This document shows positions 1-10,668 of a stretch of 64,000 nt of DNA, in pieces (position 1 is the stretch's first letter; the number at the start of each line of letters is the position of its first letter). The notes under the pieces were generated by a model. The model saw only the letters and a list, made by a program, of their open reading frames with translations, had not been told where the DNA came from and made no database searches. The position numbers were made by a program, and so were the translations under genes. Source of the stretch: Verrucomicrobiota bacterium (lineage in GTDB: Bacteria > Verrucomicrobiota > Verrucomicrobiia > Limisphaerales > JAIPKD01); assembly GCA_021733835.1 (NCBI GenBank), contig JAIPKD010000005.1, positions 5,192 to 69,191 on the forward strand, read 5' to 3'.

Positions 1-2
1 AA

Positions 3-995
3 TTATTCATCATCCCCGCAGAAGGCGGCACCGCCCAAAAACTCGATTGCAATCTGCCGCTCATGAACTCCTGGCATAGCTGGTCGCCAAACGGACACTG
101 GTTGGTCTTTTCTTCAAAGACATTTTCCCCTTTCACGCAACTTTTTCTAACGCATATCGACGAAAACGGCGCAAGCTCGCCGCCCGTATGGCTATGGAAT
201 TTCACGGAAACAAACCGCGCGGCGAACATACCCGAATTCGCGAACCTGGAACCTGATGCAATTGTCAAAATCCGCGAGGAATTTCTCGACGACTACTCGC
301 TTGCCTGCGCCGGGTTCACCGCCGAGCAGAGTGATGACATAGACCTGGCTATAAAAAAATATCTTCAGGCCATAGAGATGAACCCCAACTGCGTGCAGGC
401 GCATCAACGCCTAGGCACCCTGTTATTCAATCAGAAACAGCAATTCGCCGAAGGCCTCAAGCACATGCGCATTACGCTTCAACTCGATCCGAAAAACGCG
501 TTCGGCCATTACAACCTAGGAATGGCGTTGTTCTATCAAGATAAAATCAAAGAGGCGATACCGCACCTTAGTAAGGCCGTAGAATTTATGCCGGAAGGCT
601 TCGCCTCCTTTTACGACCCTGCGCAAATGCGCTTCCAACTGGGCCGCGCTTACCTGCTCAACGGGAATCCGGATCAGGCGATCGACTTCCTCAACGAGGC
701 GCTCTCTATAGATACCAATGCGCCAAAGATCATTTACGTCCTCTCCATGGCACTGGCAGCAAAAGGCAACATAGATTCTGCGGAACAAAATTACCAAAAG
801 GCCGTTAGACTCAACGCCGGCGTAGACACCTCACCCGAGCTACACGATCTCATGGCGTCGAAATATGCCGAGTCAGGCAGGATAAACGACGCACTACGCC
901 ATCTGCAACAAGCGCTTGAACTCGCTCGCGCTCAAAATCGAAACGACCTCGTATCCGAACTGGAAAATAAACTCCGCGCAATCCATGGAGAATGA
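3..995 (+). CDS. TolB-like (PD40) repeat + tetratricopeptide repeat protein, 5'-partial
   Basis: Frame is open from position 3 (LFIIPAEGGTAQKL...). SWHSWSPNGHWLVFSSK is a PD40/TolB-type repeat; the C-terminal half has successive TPRs (AHQRLG, GHYNLGMAL, FQLGRAY). Confidence 0.75.
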   Translation, partial: LFIIPAEGGTAQKLDCNLPLMNSWHSWSPNGHWLVFSSKTFSPFTQLFLTHIDENGASSPPVWLWNFTETNRAANIPEFANLEPDAIVKIREEFLDDYSLACAGFTAEQSDDIDLAIKKYLQAIEMNPNCVQAHQRLGTLLFNQKQQFAEGLKHMRITLQLDPKNAFGHYNLGMALFYQDKIKEAIPHLSKAVEFMPEGFASFYDPAQMRFQLGRAYLLNGNPDQAIDFLNEALSIDTNAPKIIYVLSMALAAKGNIDSAEQNYQKAVRLNAGVDTSPELHDLMASKYAESGRINDALRHLQQALELARAQNRNDLVSELENKLRAIHGE

Positions 996-1118
996 TTGCC
1001 CACTGTGGTTTGTTTCCCAACCCGAATGTAAAATGCTAAAGATATTTCTTAACTAACGTAATGCGCGACCCCTGAATAATCGAACGGCAATATGCGTCAC
1101 ATCATATACTAAAGTCTT

Positions 1119-2729
1119 ATGAAACAACATGTGCTGAAATGGCTTTGCATATCGACATTAGCAATGTCATCGCATTTCACCGTAAAGGCGGGAAGCAACT
1201 CGGAAGCGATAACCAACAATTATGCCGGAACCGTATCCGAAACCAAAGCGCGGCAAATCCGAAGTATCGACAAATGGCGGCAATTCCGCGTCGGTTTCGA
1301 GAACGCTTCATGGGAAGGGAATCCCTATGGCCTCCAATTCAAGGCGGTATTCGAAAGCCCCTCCGATCGCAGCCTCACGCAATTCGGATTCTACGCAGGC
1401 GGCAATACCTGGAAGATTTATTTCATGCCCGACGAGACCGGCGTTTGGTCTTATACAACCATATCACCGGACGCCGATCTAGACGGACACACCGGTGAAT
1501 TCATCTGCAAAAGCTCAGACCTGCCGGGGGCATTGGTCGGCGCCGGAGAAAACGGTAACAGGTGGAAATACGCCGACGCCGGATACGTCATGCCGCTTAT
1601 CTGGGGCGTAGGCGCATATAAAAAAGGGATCGGACACTTTCGCGCTCATAATCCGGATGACCCCAACGTTCGAGCGGCAATCAATAAGGCCTCCGATATC
1701 GGCGCAATATTGCTCAACACCGGCGCAATAGTACTGGCAAAACGCGATTGGGCAAAGGCCTGGCCGAACGATGCAATGCCATACGTCAATGGTAAAGAAG
1801 GAATAATATTTAATCCTGTTTTCTGGGATAACTTGAATGCTACAATGGACTATGCACGCGACCGCGGCATGGGATTTTACTTCATGTTGTACACTGACGA
1901 CGCGCTTAAGCCCGATAACTTGGGCATCGCTCCGGATTCCAAATCGGAACGGCGTTTATTCCGATACGTAACAGCGCGGCTCGCACCGTACCCGGTCGTC
2001 CTCTGGGACTCCGGAATCGATATCACCGAATACCGCAACCACGCATGGATCAATCGATTCACCGACTGGTTCCGCCGGAATGACCCCTGGAAACATCCCG
2101 TGAGCAGCAGGCACGGCGGCGGCAGCGGTAGCGCCGTAGCGGAAAACCAGACATACGACAGCGTCGGCGGCGCCTTCATGCCGAAGCGCGACGAGCTCCT
2201 CAAGCACCTACGAAAAACCGTGCCGACAGCGCACACGGATCACTGGCGCGTCTTCATTTCCAGAGGGGACTGGACAAACCGGAAAATCCGCAACGCCGTG
2301 TGGTACTGCGGCTTGAGCGGCGGACAGGCGCCGTTCCCGGATTATTCGCAAGGCGCATTCGACCGGCGGGTTATGGATAAGGGCGCGATAATGATCGAAC
2401 ATGCGACACATTTTTTCCATGACATGACGGTATACGGGTTCGGCAACCTATATCCGGCGGACTCGATGATTTTATCCGGTGAAAACGCTGTCGCAGCGCG
2501 CAACGCAGACATGGAGTTCGTTGTATACGACAAGGACGGCGGCCTGCTCGAGCTTGATTTGACCGGATTCCCCGGAAACTTGATTGCCCGATGGTACAAT
2601 CCGCGCACCGGCGAATTCAGCATGAACTCGGATACCAAAGGCGGCGGAGTAAAGGCATTCGACTCCCCCGGCAACACCGCTGATTGGGTGCTGCACGGAT
2701 TCAGCGCCGATTCCGGCGCCGCGAAGTGA
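1119..2729 (+). CDS. Secreted DUF5060/DUF4038-type putative glycoside hydrolase with C-terminal collagen-binding-like domain
   Basis: N-terminal signal peptide; GFYAGGNTWKIYFMPDETGVWSYTT (DUF5060-like); RYVTARLAPYPVVLW (apiosidase-like TIM barrel); C-terminal WYNPRTGEF...DWVL. Confidence 0.65.
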   Translation: MKQHVLKWLCISTLAMSSHFTVKAGSNSEAITNNYAGTVSETKARQIRSIDKWRQFRVGFENASWEGNPYGLQFKAVFESPSDRSLTQFGFYAGGNTWKIYFMPDETGVWSYTTISPDADLDGHTGEFICKSSDLPGALVGAGENGNRWKYADAGYVMPLIWGVGAYKKGIGHFRAHNPDDPNVRAAINKASDIGAILLNTGAIVLAKRDWAKAWPNDAMPYVNGKEGIIFNPVFWDNLNATMDYARDRGMGFYFMLYTDDALKPDNLGIAPDSKSERRLFRYVTARLAPYPVVLWDSGIDITEYRNHAWINRFTDWFRRNDPWKHPVSSRHGGGSGSAVAENQTYDSVGGAFMPKRDELLKHLRKTVPTAHTDHWRVFISRGDWTNRKIRNAVWYCGLSGGQAPFPDYSQGAFDRRVMDKGAIMIEHATHFFHDMTVYGFGNLYPADSMILSGENAVAARNADMEFVVYDKDGGLLELDLTGFPGNLIARWYNPRTGEFSMNSDTKGGGVKAFDSPGNTADWVLHGFSADSGAAK

Positions 2730-2783
2730 AGGCGCCGGAACGCCGTTGCATCCGCATGATAAAACCGGATCATTCCCTGCCGG

Positions 2784-3140
2784 CTAATTAATCGCCTTCG
2801 CTGAAGGTTTGACCATTGTAAGCAACATCGAGAACCGCTCGACGGCGTTGACGGCGTGCGGGAGGTGCGGCGGCATGTAAATCAAGTCTCCGGCCTTCAC
2901 TCTGTGCCTTTCGCCCCCAAGCGAAAGCTCGGCCTCGCCGGTGATAATCTGCACCCATGCCATGAACGGCGATGTATGCTCGCTGAGCTCCTGCCCTTTA
3001 TCAAAGCCGAACAACACCACCCGCATCTCGTCGGTCTTCATTATCGTCCTGCTCACGATACCGTTGTCCGCGAATTGTATCTCGTTATCTATCGATACGA
3101 TCCCGTGATTTTCTACGTTCATCAATGGCTTCTCATTCAT
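2784..3140 (-). CDS. Cupin domain protein
   Basis: 118 aa with cupin motifs FDKGQELSEHTSP and GDLIYMPPHLPHAV. Confidence 0.85.
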   Translation of the reverse strand: MNEKPLMNVENHGIVSIDNEIQFADNGIVSRTIMKTDEMRVVLFGFDKGQELSEHTSPFMAWVQIITGEAELSLGGERHRVKAGDLIYMPPHLPHAVNAVERFSMLLTMVKPSAKAIN

Positions 3141-3175
3141 AACACTGCAATGTACTATCGACCGAGGATAATTGC

Positions 3176-3189
3176 TTGATCCAAATCAA
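3176..3189. promoter_or_regulatory. FNR/CRP-family binding site (TTGAT-N4-ATCAA)
   Basis: TTGATccaaATCAA is a perfect FNR consensus in the cupin/dehydrogenase divergent spacer. On the minus strand, TACATT (3154-3149) lies 21 nt downstream, then 8 nt to the cupin ATG. Confidence 0.75.
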
Positions 3190-3245
3190 GTTTCATAAGG
3201 TAATTTCTCTGTTGACTTCATGTTGTAGTATAATATATTTTAGTC

Positions 3246-4274
3246 ATGAAAGCCGCCCAATTAATATCCTTCGGCAGGCCCGGCGTTTTCAGGGTATCCG
3301 AATTGGACGATCCCTCTCCCGCGCCGGAAGAGGTAGTTGTCCGCGTTCGCGCATGTGGATTGAACAGACTCGACCTCTGGATCGAGGAAAACGCGTTACC
3401 GATCAATATCGCTCTGCCACGTATCCCGGGCAGCGAAATCGCCGGGGAGATCACCGCCCTGGGTGCGGACGTGGATGAATGGTTCGTCGGTGACCGCGTG
3501 ACCGTACAATCCAACCTCTTCTGCGGCGAATGCCGTTTCTGTAATAACGGCGAAGAATCTTTGTGCTTGAACGGACGCCTCCTCGGAGTCGATCAAGACG
3601 GCGGTTTCGCCGAACAAGTAGTCTTGCCCTGGCGCGCGCTCGTACCACTGCCCAAGCAACTGAGTTTCGAGTCCGCCGCAGCCCTAGCACTGGCCGCCAG
3701 TACCGCGATGCATATGCTCACCGATAGAACAATCGTCGAACCCAGTCAGTGGATTCTGGTCACCGCCGGCACAAGCGGCGTAGGCTCAGCCGCCGTGCAA
3801 ATCGCCAAACAACTCGGAGCAAATGTCATTACTACGGCATCCTCCGACGCCAAGCGAGAATTAGCGCTCAAACTCGGCGCGGATTATGCCGTGGATTCGA
3901 CCACCGATAATTGGCCCGCCGAAGTCAGAAAGATTACTGAAAACCGAGGCGTGGACCTTATCATCGAGCATGTCGGCGGCAAGTTCCTTGAGCTGGCCTT
4001 CAATTGCCTCACACGTGGCGGAACGGTAGTAACCTGCGGTGCCACAGCCGGACGTAACATAAATTTTAAACTTTGGCCGTTCTTCGTGAAACAACACCAC
4101 CTTATCGGCAGCTACGGACGAAACAGATCAGACCTCTCCACCACCCTGCAATGGGCCGCCGAAGGCAAGATTCAACCGGTCATCGACAGGATTTGTGATC
4201 TCAATCAATTAACCGAGGCCTTCGCCGCACTCCGTGAACGCCGCATATTGGGCAAGATAATCATTAAACCGTGA
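3246..4274 (+). CDS. Zinc-binding alcohol dehydrogenase / quinone oxidoreductase (MDR family)
   Basis: VRVRACGLNRLD, GSEIAG, structural Zn motif CGECRFCNNGEESLC, nucleotide-binding AGTSGVGSAAVQIAK. Confidence 0.85.
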   Translation: MKAAQLISFGRPGVFRVSELDDPSPAPEEVVVRVRACGLNRLDLWIEENALPINIALPRIPGSEIAGEITALGADVDEWFVGDRVTVQSNLFCGECRFCNNGEESLCLNGRLLGVDQDGGFAEQVVLPWRALVPLPKQLSFESAAALALAASTAMHMLTDRTIVEPSQWILVTAGTSGVGSAAVQIAKQLGANVITTASSDAKRELALKLGADYAVDSTTDNWPAEVRKITENRGVDLIIEHVGGKFLELAFNCLTRGGTVVTCGATAGRNINFKLWPFFVKQHHLIGSYGRNRSDLSTTLQWAAEGKIQPVIDRICDLNQLTEAFAALRERRILGKIIIKP

Positions 4275-4356
4275 TGCAGTACAGCGCCTTACGCGATTAC
4301 ATTTCGGCTATTTAGCCAAAATACCTGGAGGTCGGTTCTAAAATAAGATAAAAAAA

Positions 4357-4431
<75 letters not shown>

Positions 4432-4482
4432 ACTCTTACTCATTCCGTCGAACGACTTACAACGTTCAACCAATTCGAGACT

Positions 4483-4511
4483 ATATTAACCGATCATACT
4501 ATGTGAAGCAA
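4483..4511 (-). promoter_or_regulatory. Putative sigma70-type promoter for tRNA-Val
   Basis: Minus strand TTGCTT-17 nt-TAATAT about 50 nt upstream of the mature tRNA. Confidence 0.5.
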
Positions 4512-4553
4512 GGCTGTTTTTGTAAAAAACACAGGGATAAACCGCCGATTTCT

Positions 4554-4588
4554 AAAACAAGAAAACCGCACTCGTTAATGAATGCGGT
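4554..4588 (-). terminator. Rho-independent terminator after leuB
   Basis: Minus strand 9-bp stem ACCGCATTC/GAGTGCGGT (one G-U), 6-nt loop, followed by TTTCTTGTTTT. Confidence 0.6.
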
Positions 4589-4630
4589 GATCTATACTTT
4601 GCTAAAACAAATTGTAACCGATGACCGGCG

Positions 4631-5689
4631 TCAAACCAATTCGGCGACCATGTCCCCTACTTCGCTGGTGCTGTGCCCCATCTTACCGGCGCCGAGTTCC
4701 TTGATCCGTTCTCTGACCACCTTGATCACGGCCTGTTCGATGTCATTCGCGGCCTGGTTCTCGCCGAGTATCTCGAGCATCATCTGGCCCGAGCAGATAG
4801 CCGCCAAGGGGTTGATCACGTTCTTGCCGGTGTACTTGGGCGCGCTTCCGCCGATCGGTTCGAACATACTCGTGCCGTTGGGATTGATGTTACCGCCTGC
4901 GGCTATGCCCATTCCACCTTGGATCATCGCGCCGAGATCGGTGATAATATCTCCGAACATATTATCGGTGACTATAACATCATACCATTCGGGATTCTTG
5001 ATGAACCACATTGTCGTGGCGTCCACGTGCGCGTATTCACGTTTGATATCCGGATACTCGGCCTGACCGATCTCGTGGAAAGCCCTCTCCCATAGGTCGA
5101 ATGCGTAGGTGAGAACGTTTGTCTTGCCGGAAAGGGTCAGTGTGTTCTCCTTTTTGCGCTTACGCGTGTACTCAAAGGCGAACCTAAGACAGCGCTCGAC
5201 GCCGCGGCGCGTGTTGACACTCTCTTGGACGGCCACCTCGTGCGGTGTACCCTTGAAGACGAATCCGCCCGCGCCGGTGTAAAGGCCTTCGTTGTTTTCT
5301 CGTACTACCACGAAATCGATGTCTTCAGGCTTTTTGTTCTTGAGCGGACAAAACCTGTCGTCGTAGAGCTTCACCGGTCTGAGGTTAATGTATTGCTCGA
5401 GCTCAAAACGTAATCTCAACAGGATACCCTTCTCGAGGATGCCCGGTCTGACATCCGGGTGTCCGATAGCGCCCAATAAAATGGCGGGAAATTTCCGCAG
5501 CTCGTCTACAGCGCTGTCCGGCAACACTTCGTTCGTGCGCAGGTACCTGTCTCCGCCGAAATCAAACTCGGTGTATTCGAGCTTGAATCCGTGCTTTGCT
5601 GCTGCTGCGTCTAAGACTTTCTGCGCCTCGCGGACTACTTCGGGTCCGGTTCCGTCTCCTCCAATTACTGCTACGTTATAACTTTTCAT
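4631..5689 (-). CDS. leuB: 3-isopropylmalate dehydrogenase
   Basis: [58 protein letters not shown] motifs. Confidence 0.9.
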   Translation of the reverse strand: MKSYNVAVIGGDGTGPEVVREAQKVLDAAAAKHGFKLEYTEFDFGGDRYLRTNEVLPDSAVDELRKFPAILLGAIGHPDVRPGILEKGILLRLRFELEQYINLRPVKLYDDRFCPLKNKKPEDIDFVVVRENNEGLYTGAGGFVFKGTPHEVAVQESVNTRRGVERCLRFAFEYTRKRKKENTLTLSGKTNVLTYAFDLWERAFHEIGQAEYPDIKREYAHVDATTMWFIKNPEWYDVIVTDNMFGDIITDLGAMIQGGMGIAAGGNINPNGTSMFEPIGGSAPKYTGKNVINPLAAICSGQMMLEILGENQAANDIEQAVIKVVRERIKELGAGKMGHSTSEVGDMVAELV

Positions 5690-5809
5690 CTTCTTTACTT
5701 GCCGCTTCGATACGGTGCGGACAAATTAGTCTATTATTGTGAAGGCATCAATCGATTTTTCGCGATTCGACTACCGTCGGTCGTAATTCTTGAATCGGTT
5801 GAAATACCG

Positions 5810-6217
5810 TTATTTCCAGTGCCGCGGCATGAACGAGAAAAACTTCTCGAGCTCGCGCCTATCTTTCTTCGTAGGTCTGCCCGTACCCTTCGGCCGATGA
5901 AAACCGGGGTGCCTTCGGCGTTCGCGTGCTTTTTGGTACTCGGCAACAGACGTGAGGTCTTCAGCGTATTCCCTCGCCTCCGGCGCGCCGACTCTCCTGT
6001 CTATAATGCCGAGGACCTTTACTTTCTTTGTAACACTTCCGACCTTGGCCTGGATAACCTCGTCGGTCTTCACCGCCCTCGATGGTTTAACCGAGCTCCC
6101 GTCCACGGTAACCTTACCACCCTGACAGGCCTTGGCGGCGGCGGTACGCGTCTTGTATATTCGCACCGACCAGAGCCATTTGTCCATTCTCACGGATTCC
6201 ACCATAGCCAAATCCAA
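5810..6217 (-). CDS. hslR: S4-domain ribosome-associated heat shock protein Hsp15
   Basis: RMDKWLWSVRIYKTRTAAAKAC S4 motif; C-terminal GRPTKKDRR. Confidence 0.9.
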   Translation of the reverse strand: MDLAMVESVRMDKWLWSVRIYKTRTAAAKACQGGKVTVDGSSVKPSRAVKTDEVIQAKVGSVTKKVKVLGIIDRRVGAPEAREYAEDLTSVAEYQKARERRRHPGFHRPKGTGRPTKKDRRELEKFFSFMPRHWK

Positions 6218-6275
6218 TATAGTCCGCGCCGGACGGGTATTCTAACAACAAACTTCAAGGCGGGGAAAGGCCGCA

Positions 6276-6497
6276 TTATTTCCTGTACCGGTATTTTATC
6301 CGCGCCTTGTTGAGATCGTAGGGTGACATCTCGACGTTGACACGGTCTCCGACGCTGATTCGGATAAAATGTTTTCTCATTTTACCGGAGATATGAGCCA
6401 GCACCTCGTGACCGTTGGGAAGTTTCACGCGAAACATCGTCCCCGGCAGTACCTGACTTACAGTTCCAATTACTTCAATATGTTCCTGTTTTGACAT
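6276..6497 (-). CDS. infA: Translation initiation factor IF-1
   Basis: [11 protein letters not shown]...[25 protein letters not shown]...[13 protein letters not shown]. Confidence 0.97.
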   Translation of the reverse strand: MSKQEHIEVIGTVSQVLPGTMFRVKLPNGHEVLAHISGKMRKHFIRISVGDRVNVEMSPYDLNKARIKYRYRK

Positions 6498-6815
6498 GCA
6501 AAGATATGTTATTGTAATCGAAAATTCCTCGTATAACGCCGAAAAATTTTCTCAAACAGGCGGAAGTTGATTTATACCGCCATTGTTAATTATTTACCTT
6601 ACCACCGGCGGAAATCAAGCCTCGTTTGCCGGTAATTCCGATTCGGCACTTACGCAGCAGCTCGATCATCACGGAGAAATGTATTATTCCCGCGCCGCAC
6701 ATGGTATCGCACAAGATGGCTAATGCATCCTCATTTTTCAAAAGCCGGCAAAACTGCGGTATTCAATCAAGTTGCGACTGGACAAACACCGCTAATCTCG
6801 TAAGAATTCATCCCA

Positions 6816-7103
6816 ATGACAACCAAGTTCTGGATAAACGTATTAATCGGCCTGCTGCTGCTCAATGTCGTATTTGCAGTGGCGTTATTAGCCCAAAATA
6901 CAAGACTCACCAACAAACTACCGCGGCTCCAGCAACAGAGGGTTAACATAGGGAAAAACATGTCGGTATTCAACAACCTGGTTGCGGAATGCCGGCAGTA
7001 CGCCCGCACCAATCCCGAGATGAATTCGGTGCTGAACACCGTTTTCAAAAACACCAATTCCACACAACCCTCTGTCCGGATGATCCCCGCCAATAACGAA
7101 TAA
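6816..7103 (+). CDS. Hypothetical bitopic membrane protein with coiled coil (paralog A)
   Basis: One N-terminal hydrophobic helix, an amphipathic stretch, then YARTNPEMNSVL; similar to the next ORF. Confidence 0.6.
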   Translation: MTTKFWINVLIGLLLLNVVFAVALLAQNTRLTNKLPRLQQQRVNIGKNMSVFNNLVAECRQYARTNPEMNSVLNTVFKNTNSTQPSVRMIPANNE

Positions 7104-7117
7104 TCCCAAAGAGAACT

Positions 7118-7486
7118 ATGACAACACCGGATGACCTACCAATAAACGCACCCGAAGAAGACCGGGCAAAACATGAATCCGGACAATTCCGCCGGCTCCA
7201 GATACAGTTTTTAATCACACTGGCCTGCCTTATCGTGTTTACCGGCGCGCTGAACCTGTTTCTCCTTAAACAAACATCACGGATAAGAAAAGAGGTCGTC
7301 AACCTGAACGAGGTCGTTCGCAATTATGAGACGAAGACCGCACCGCGCATCGAGGAGTTCGTCAACGCCCTCAAGGAATTCGCGGATCAGAATCCGGACT
7401 TCAAACCAGTGCTGTCCAAGTACGTCGAGTACGTTCAACGCCCGCAAGCGGCGAATCCGGATACGAACACCGGATTGCCGCGATAA
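7118..7486 (+). CDS. Hypothetical bitopic membrane protein with coiled coil (paralog B)
   Basis: One TM helix, a coiled-coil-like region, then FADQNPDFKPVL; starts 14 nt after paralog A. Confidence 0.65.
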   Translation: MTTPDDLPINAPEEDRAKHESGQFRRLQIQFLITLACLIVFTGALNLFLLKQTSRIRKEVVNLNEVVRNYETKTAPRIEEFVNALKEFADQNPDFKPVLSKYVEYVQRPQAANPDTNTGLPR

Positions 7487-7518
7487 TTAACATCTTATAA
7501 CCCCGGCCCGGCCGGTTC

Positions 7519-8247
7519 TTATCTGAAAAACCCGCTCTTTTCCGGCGCGAAACCAGGGCCCCAGATGCGTATGTTATCGACCATTCCCGTGTCGTCGAAC
7601 GAGCCGAACCCGATGTAACCGAAATCAAAATGGCCGTCCGTGGCGGTCATGATCGGCTTCTCCATGTCGTCAAAAAAGACCTTAATGGAGCCATCGGAGA
7701 GCTTGCGCTCCAGACGCAGTTTATGCCATTCGTTCTCGCCCCAGTCCACACCCTCTGTGACGTCATCGGTCGTCTTAACACGCGGTTCGTCGTTGACTAT
7801 GAACACGTTATGCGCATGGTCATCGGCCGCGGTCGCAATGTGGACGTAGTAGAAATTGGACGGGTCTTTTGCGCCGAAGAATATGCACATGTCCCTGTGC
7901 CCGTACTCGCGTCCAGTCTGCCGCAGGTCGGCTTCAAGGATGAAATCGCCAACCATTCCATTCGTGATCAGTGCAATATTATACGGCGACCTGACACGCG
8001 GACTATAATCGCTCTTATCGAACAACTCCAGCGCGTGGTTGTTGCCGTTATCCTCGCCCACTCTCCATGCCGCAGGATCGGACATCTCGAAATCCTCGAG
8101 GCCGCGGTTATCTTCGAAATCGCGTTCATACAACAATTTATAACCTTCCGGCGTCTCCGCCGCGGTTGCTGAATCGACGTAAACGGCGCACGCAAGGAAC
8201 GCCGGCAAAACTGCGCTGAAAATCTTCATAATTTTATTCACTTTCAT
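7519..8247 (-). CDS. Secreted concanavalin-A-like / DUF1080-like protein
   Basis: Signal peptide; beta-rich pattern DFILEADLRQ...NFYYVH...WHKLRLER...GYIGFGSFDDTGMVDNIRIW. Confidence 0.55.
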   Translation of the reverse strand: MKVNKIMKIFSAVLPAFLACAVYVDSATAAETPEGYKLLYERDFEDNRGLEDFEMSDPAAWRVGEDNGNNHALELFDKSDYSPRVRSPYNIALITNGMVGDFILEADLRQTGREYGHRDMCIFFGAKDPSNFYYVHIATAADDHAHNVFIVNDEPRVKTTDDVTEGVDWGENEWHKLRLERKLSDGSIKVFFDDMEKPIMTATDGHFDFGYIGFGSFDDTGMVDNIRIWGPGFAPEKSGFFR

Positions 8248-8277
8248 AATTATCTCGAGTCTATTGTGTACCTTATC

Positions 8278-9261
8278 TTAGTCGGCGGCGAATTCGTTAT
8301 AACGCCCCTCGACGCCGGCGGATGCGGTGTCTCCTTTATGAAGATAAAATCTGTAACTGAACGTCGCGCTTTCGCCTTCAGACACTTCAAAATCACCCGT
8401 GCCCTCCGGCTTGCCTTCGAAGTTATGGACGCCGAATGCGTTTGCGGCGAATAGCCCGTAATTTCGCACATGCCACCACGTGGGATGCCGCGGATTGCCG
8501 GGATGATCGAAGATAGCAACGCCCACTGTCTCACCTTCAACGGGGCCGTAATAATCACACCACTTCGCGCGCTTACCCCAGGCATCCTTGCCCTGATTAC
8601 CTTCGCTGTTCAGTATATGCCCTTGTGCCACCGGCCCGTCCACACGCATAGTGGGCGCTAGACGGATCGCCATCGACCCCTCCTTGGTATCGCCGAAGAC
8701 CACGTCACCCTCCGTAGCGCGAACCGAGATTTTGAAATCAATATACTTCGAATCGCCTTCAGTGAAAAAGCGCATCGCGCGGTCTTCGACCAGGACGAGG
8801 CCGCCGTCGGGCCCGACCCAATTATTCCGCACCTGAATCACACCGGTCTCACCCGATACAAGCTTCAGTATCTTCGCCGTCTCAATTCTGCCCTTGTCAT
8901 CACCGTCCGTCCAGAAATCGATGCCATTCACATCCCCATGAGTGAACCACAGCGATTTGTGATGCCCATGATCTTTCTTCTCGTTTTCCCCTTCTTTCAT
9001 AGGCCAATTGCGCGTGATGGGCGCACCCGTCGGCCCTATCACGGGATAAAGATAAGGCCGCTGCGCCTCCGTGTAGATATACTCGGTGAAGAGTTCCCCG
9101 TTCAGTTCAACGCGTATCTTGCCGTCCATAGGAATGACGGCGACCTCGGGGCCTACCGCATTTTCAGACCAAGCAGACATACAACCGCCCAAAATGCCGA
9201 AACCGGCAACGAGCGGGAGTAAAACCTTCGATATACAACTTTTTCGGATCATACGCTGCAA
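8278..9261 (-). CDS. PmoA-family (DUF6807) secreted protein; not a methane monooxygenase
   Basis: RPYLYPVIGPTG, DHGHHKSLWFTHGDVNGIDFW, DHPGNPRHPTWWHVRNYGLFAAN motifs. Confidence 0.75.
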   Translation of the reverse strand: MQRMIRKSCISKVLLPLVAGFGILGGCMSAWSENAVGPEVAVIPMDGKIRVELNGELFTEYIYTEAQRPYLYPVIGPTGAPITRNWPMKEGENEKKDHGHHKSLWFTHGDVNGIDFWTDGDDKGRIETAKILKLVSGETGVIQVRNNWVGPDGGLVLVEDRAMRFFTEGDSKYIDFKISVRATEGDVVFGDTKEGSMAIRLAPTMRVDGPVAQGHILNSEGNQGKDAWGKRAKWCDYYGPVEGETVGVAIFDHPGNPRHPTWWHVRNYGLFAANAFGVHNFEGKPEGTGDFEVSEGESATFSYRFYLHKGDTASAGVEGRYNEFAAD

Positions 9262-9298
9262 TATTAATTGTCTCAGGCGATAAGGATCAACAAAAAAA

Positions 9299-10480
9299 TC
9301 ACGACTGGCTCAAGCGCTTCATCGGCTTTTCGTAGAGCATCCGGTGCGCTTCCTCGAGCACGTCGGGAATATGTTGAGCGAACCGGCTCTTGGTGAGGGC
9401 CTTGGAGATATCCAGCTCTCTTACACGCGACGCGTTCTCGCCGGGAAACCAGTGCTCGGCCTGACCAAGCAGATTATACCGCATCTTCGCCCAATCGATC
9501 ATATCGAGGGCCTTGGCGTGGTTCCATAATCTCAATATTTCGATAATATTGATCTGTCCCGGCACATCCGTGTACTGCGGCAATCCTTCATGCCAATTCA
9601 TGCACCAGTCGGTGCCGAGCACCCTATGCATTTCATCGTCCAGGCGCTTGGAAACCGGGCCGGTCAATTCCCACGCCTTATCGTAGTATTCAAGCGCCGC
9701 TATATGCTCGTCGAAGTCCGACGGCTTGGCCGCGCCGCAGGAAAGCGTATGTACTTGCGAGCGTGAGAGGCAATACAGGTCATTGAACTGCATCGGCGAG
9801 AACGGCTCGCATAGACGGACGAGCTTCGGCGGCGGGTTGTAGAGCTTGCCGCCCTTATCGCTCGGACTGATTATCAACACCCCCATATCCCGCTTGGCGG
9901 CGTCCTCGACCGCCGGCCATGTAAGGGTATTTACATAATACCAATGCAGGTTTACGTAGTCGAATTCATCACTGCGTATCGCCTCTTGAATTATGTCCGT
10001 TGATGCATGGGTTGAAAAACCGATAAACCTGGCCCTGCCGCTCTGACGCAGCTTCTGCGCTGCATCGACGCAACCGCCCTTCTTCAGCGAATGATAAAGG
10101 AGCTCCCAGTTGTTGATACCGTGAATCGCCAATAAGTCCACGTAATCCAAACCCAGATTCTCCATCGAATAATCGAATGACCTCAGGAACTCCTCGGGAT
10201 CGGCAAACGGCGGGGTCTTGGTCTGGACAATAATGTCTTCGCGCTTGAAATCCTTCAGAACCTTGCCCAATTGCTTTTCCGAGGAACCATAATCACGGGC
10301 GGTTTCGATATGATTAATCCCGAGTTCAACGGCCTTATGAACGGTTGCCTCGAGGTTTTCTTGGTTCTCCTGCGGAACTTCGTCCATATCAACATCGTTC
10401 CACTTGAATTGAAACCGCATCCCGCCGCATGTAATAACCGGCATCGACAGTTCGGTCTTTCCAAAACGCCTGTATTTCAT
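9299..10480 (-). CDS. Aldo/keto reductase family protein
   Basis: Start placed at [14 protein letters not shown] (10480); [31 protein letters not shown]. An upstream start at 10552 is possible. Confidence 0.85.
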   Translation of the reverse strand: MKYRRFGKTELSMPVITCGGMRFQFKWNDVDMDEVPQENQENLEATVHKAVELGINHIETARDYGSSEKQLGKVLKDFKREDIIVQTKTPPFADPEEFLRSFDYSMENLGLDYVDLLAIHGINNWELLYHSLKKGGCVDAAQKLRQSGRARFIGFSTHASTDIIQEAIRSDEFDYVNLHWYYVNTLTWPAVEDAAKRDMGVLIISPSDKGGKLYNPPPKLVRLCEPFSPMQFNDLYCLSRSQVHTLSCGAAKPSDFDEHIAALEYYDKAWELTGPVSKRLDDEMHRVLGTDWCMNWHEGLPQYTDVPGQINIIEILRLWNHAKALDMIDWAKMRYNLLGQAEHWFPGENASRVRELDISKALTKSRFAQHIPDVLEEAHRMLYEKPMKRLSQS

Positions 10481-10668
10481 ATCAATCCTATATGTTACAG
10501 ATTCATCCGACTCAGGCAACTCATACACGTGAAATATCGCGTTTTCGGACATAGGACCGTTACCGGCGCGAATTGAATTGTCCACTAATCGAGAGTCATA
10601 AATTAACTTGCAAGCAGGCGCGTTCCAAATTAATTTCACGTCGTAAGAAAATTTTAAGGAAACACACT

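Noticed and set aside
8278-9261. PmoA-family assignment as evidence of methanotrophy
   Set aside because: The protein is soluble with a signal peptide, not multi-TM; there is no pmoC or pmoB. The family name is a misnomer for DUF6807-type proteins.
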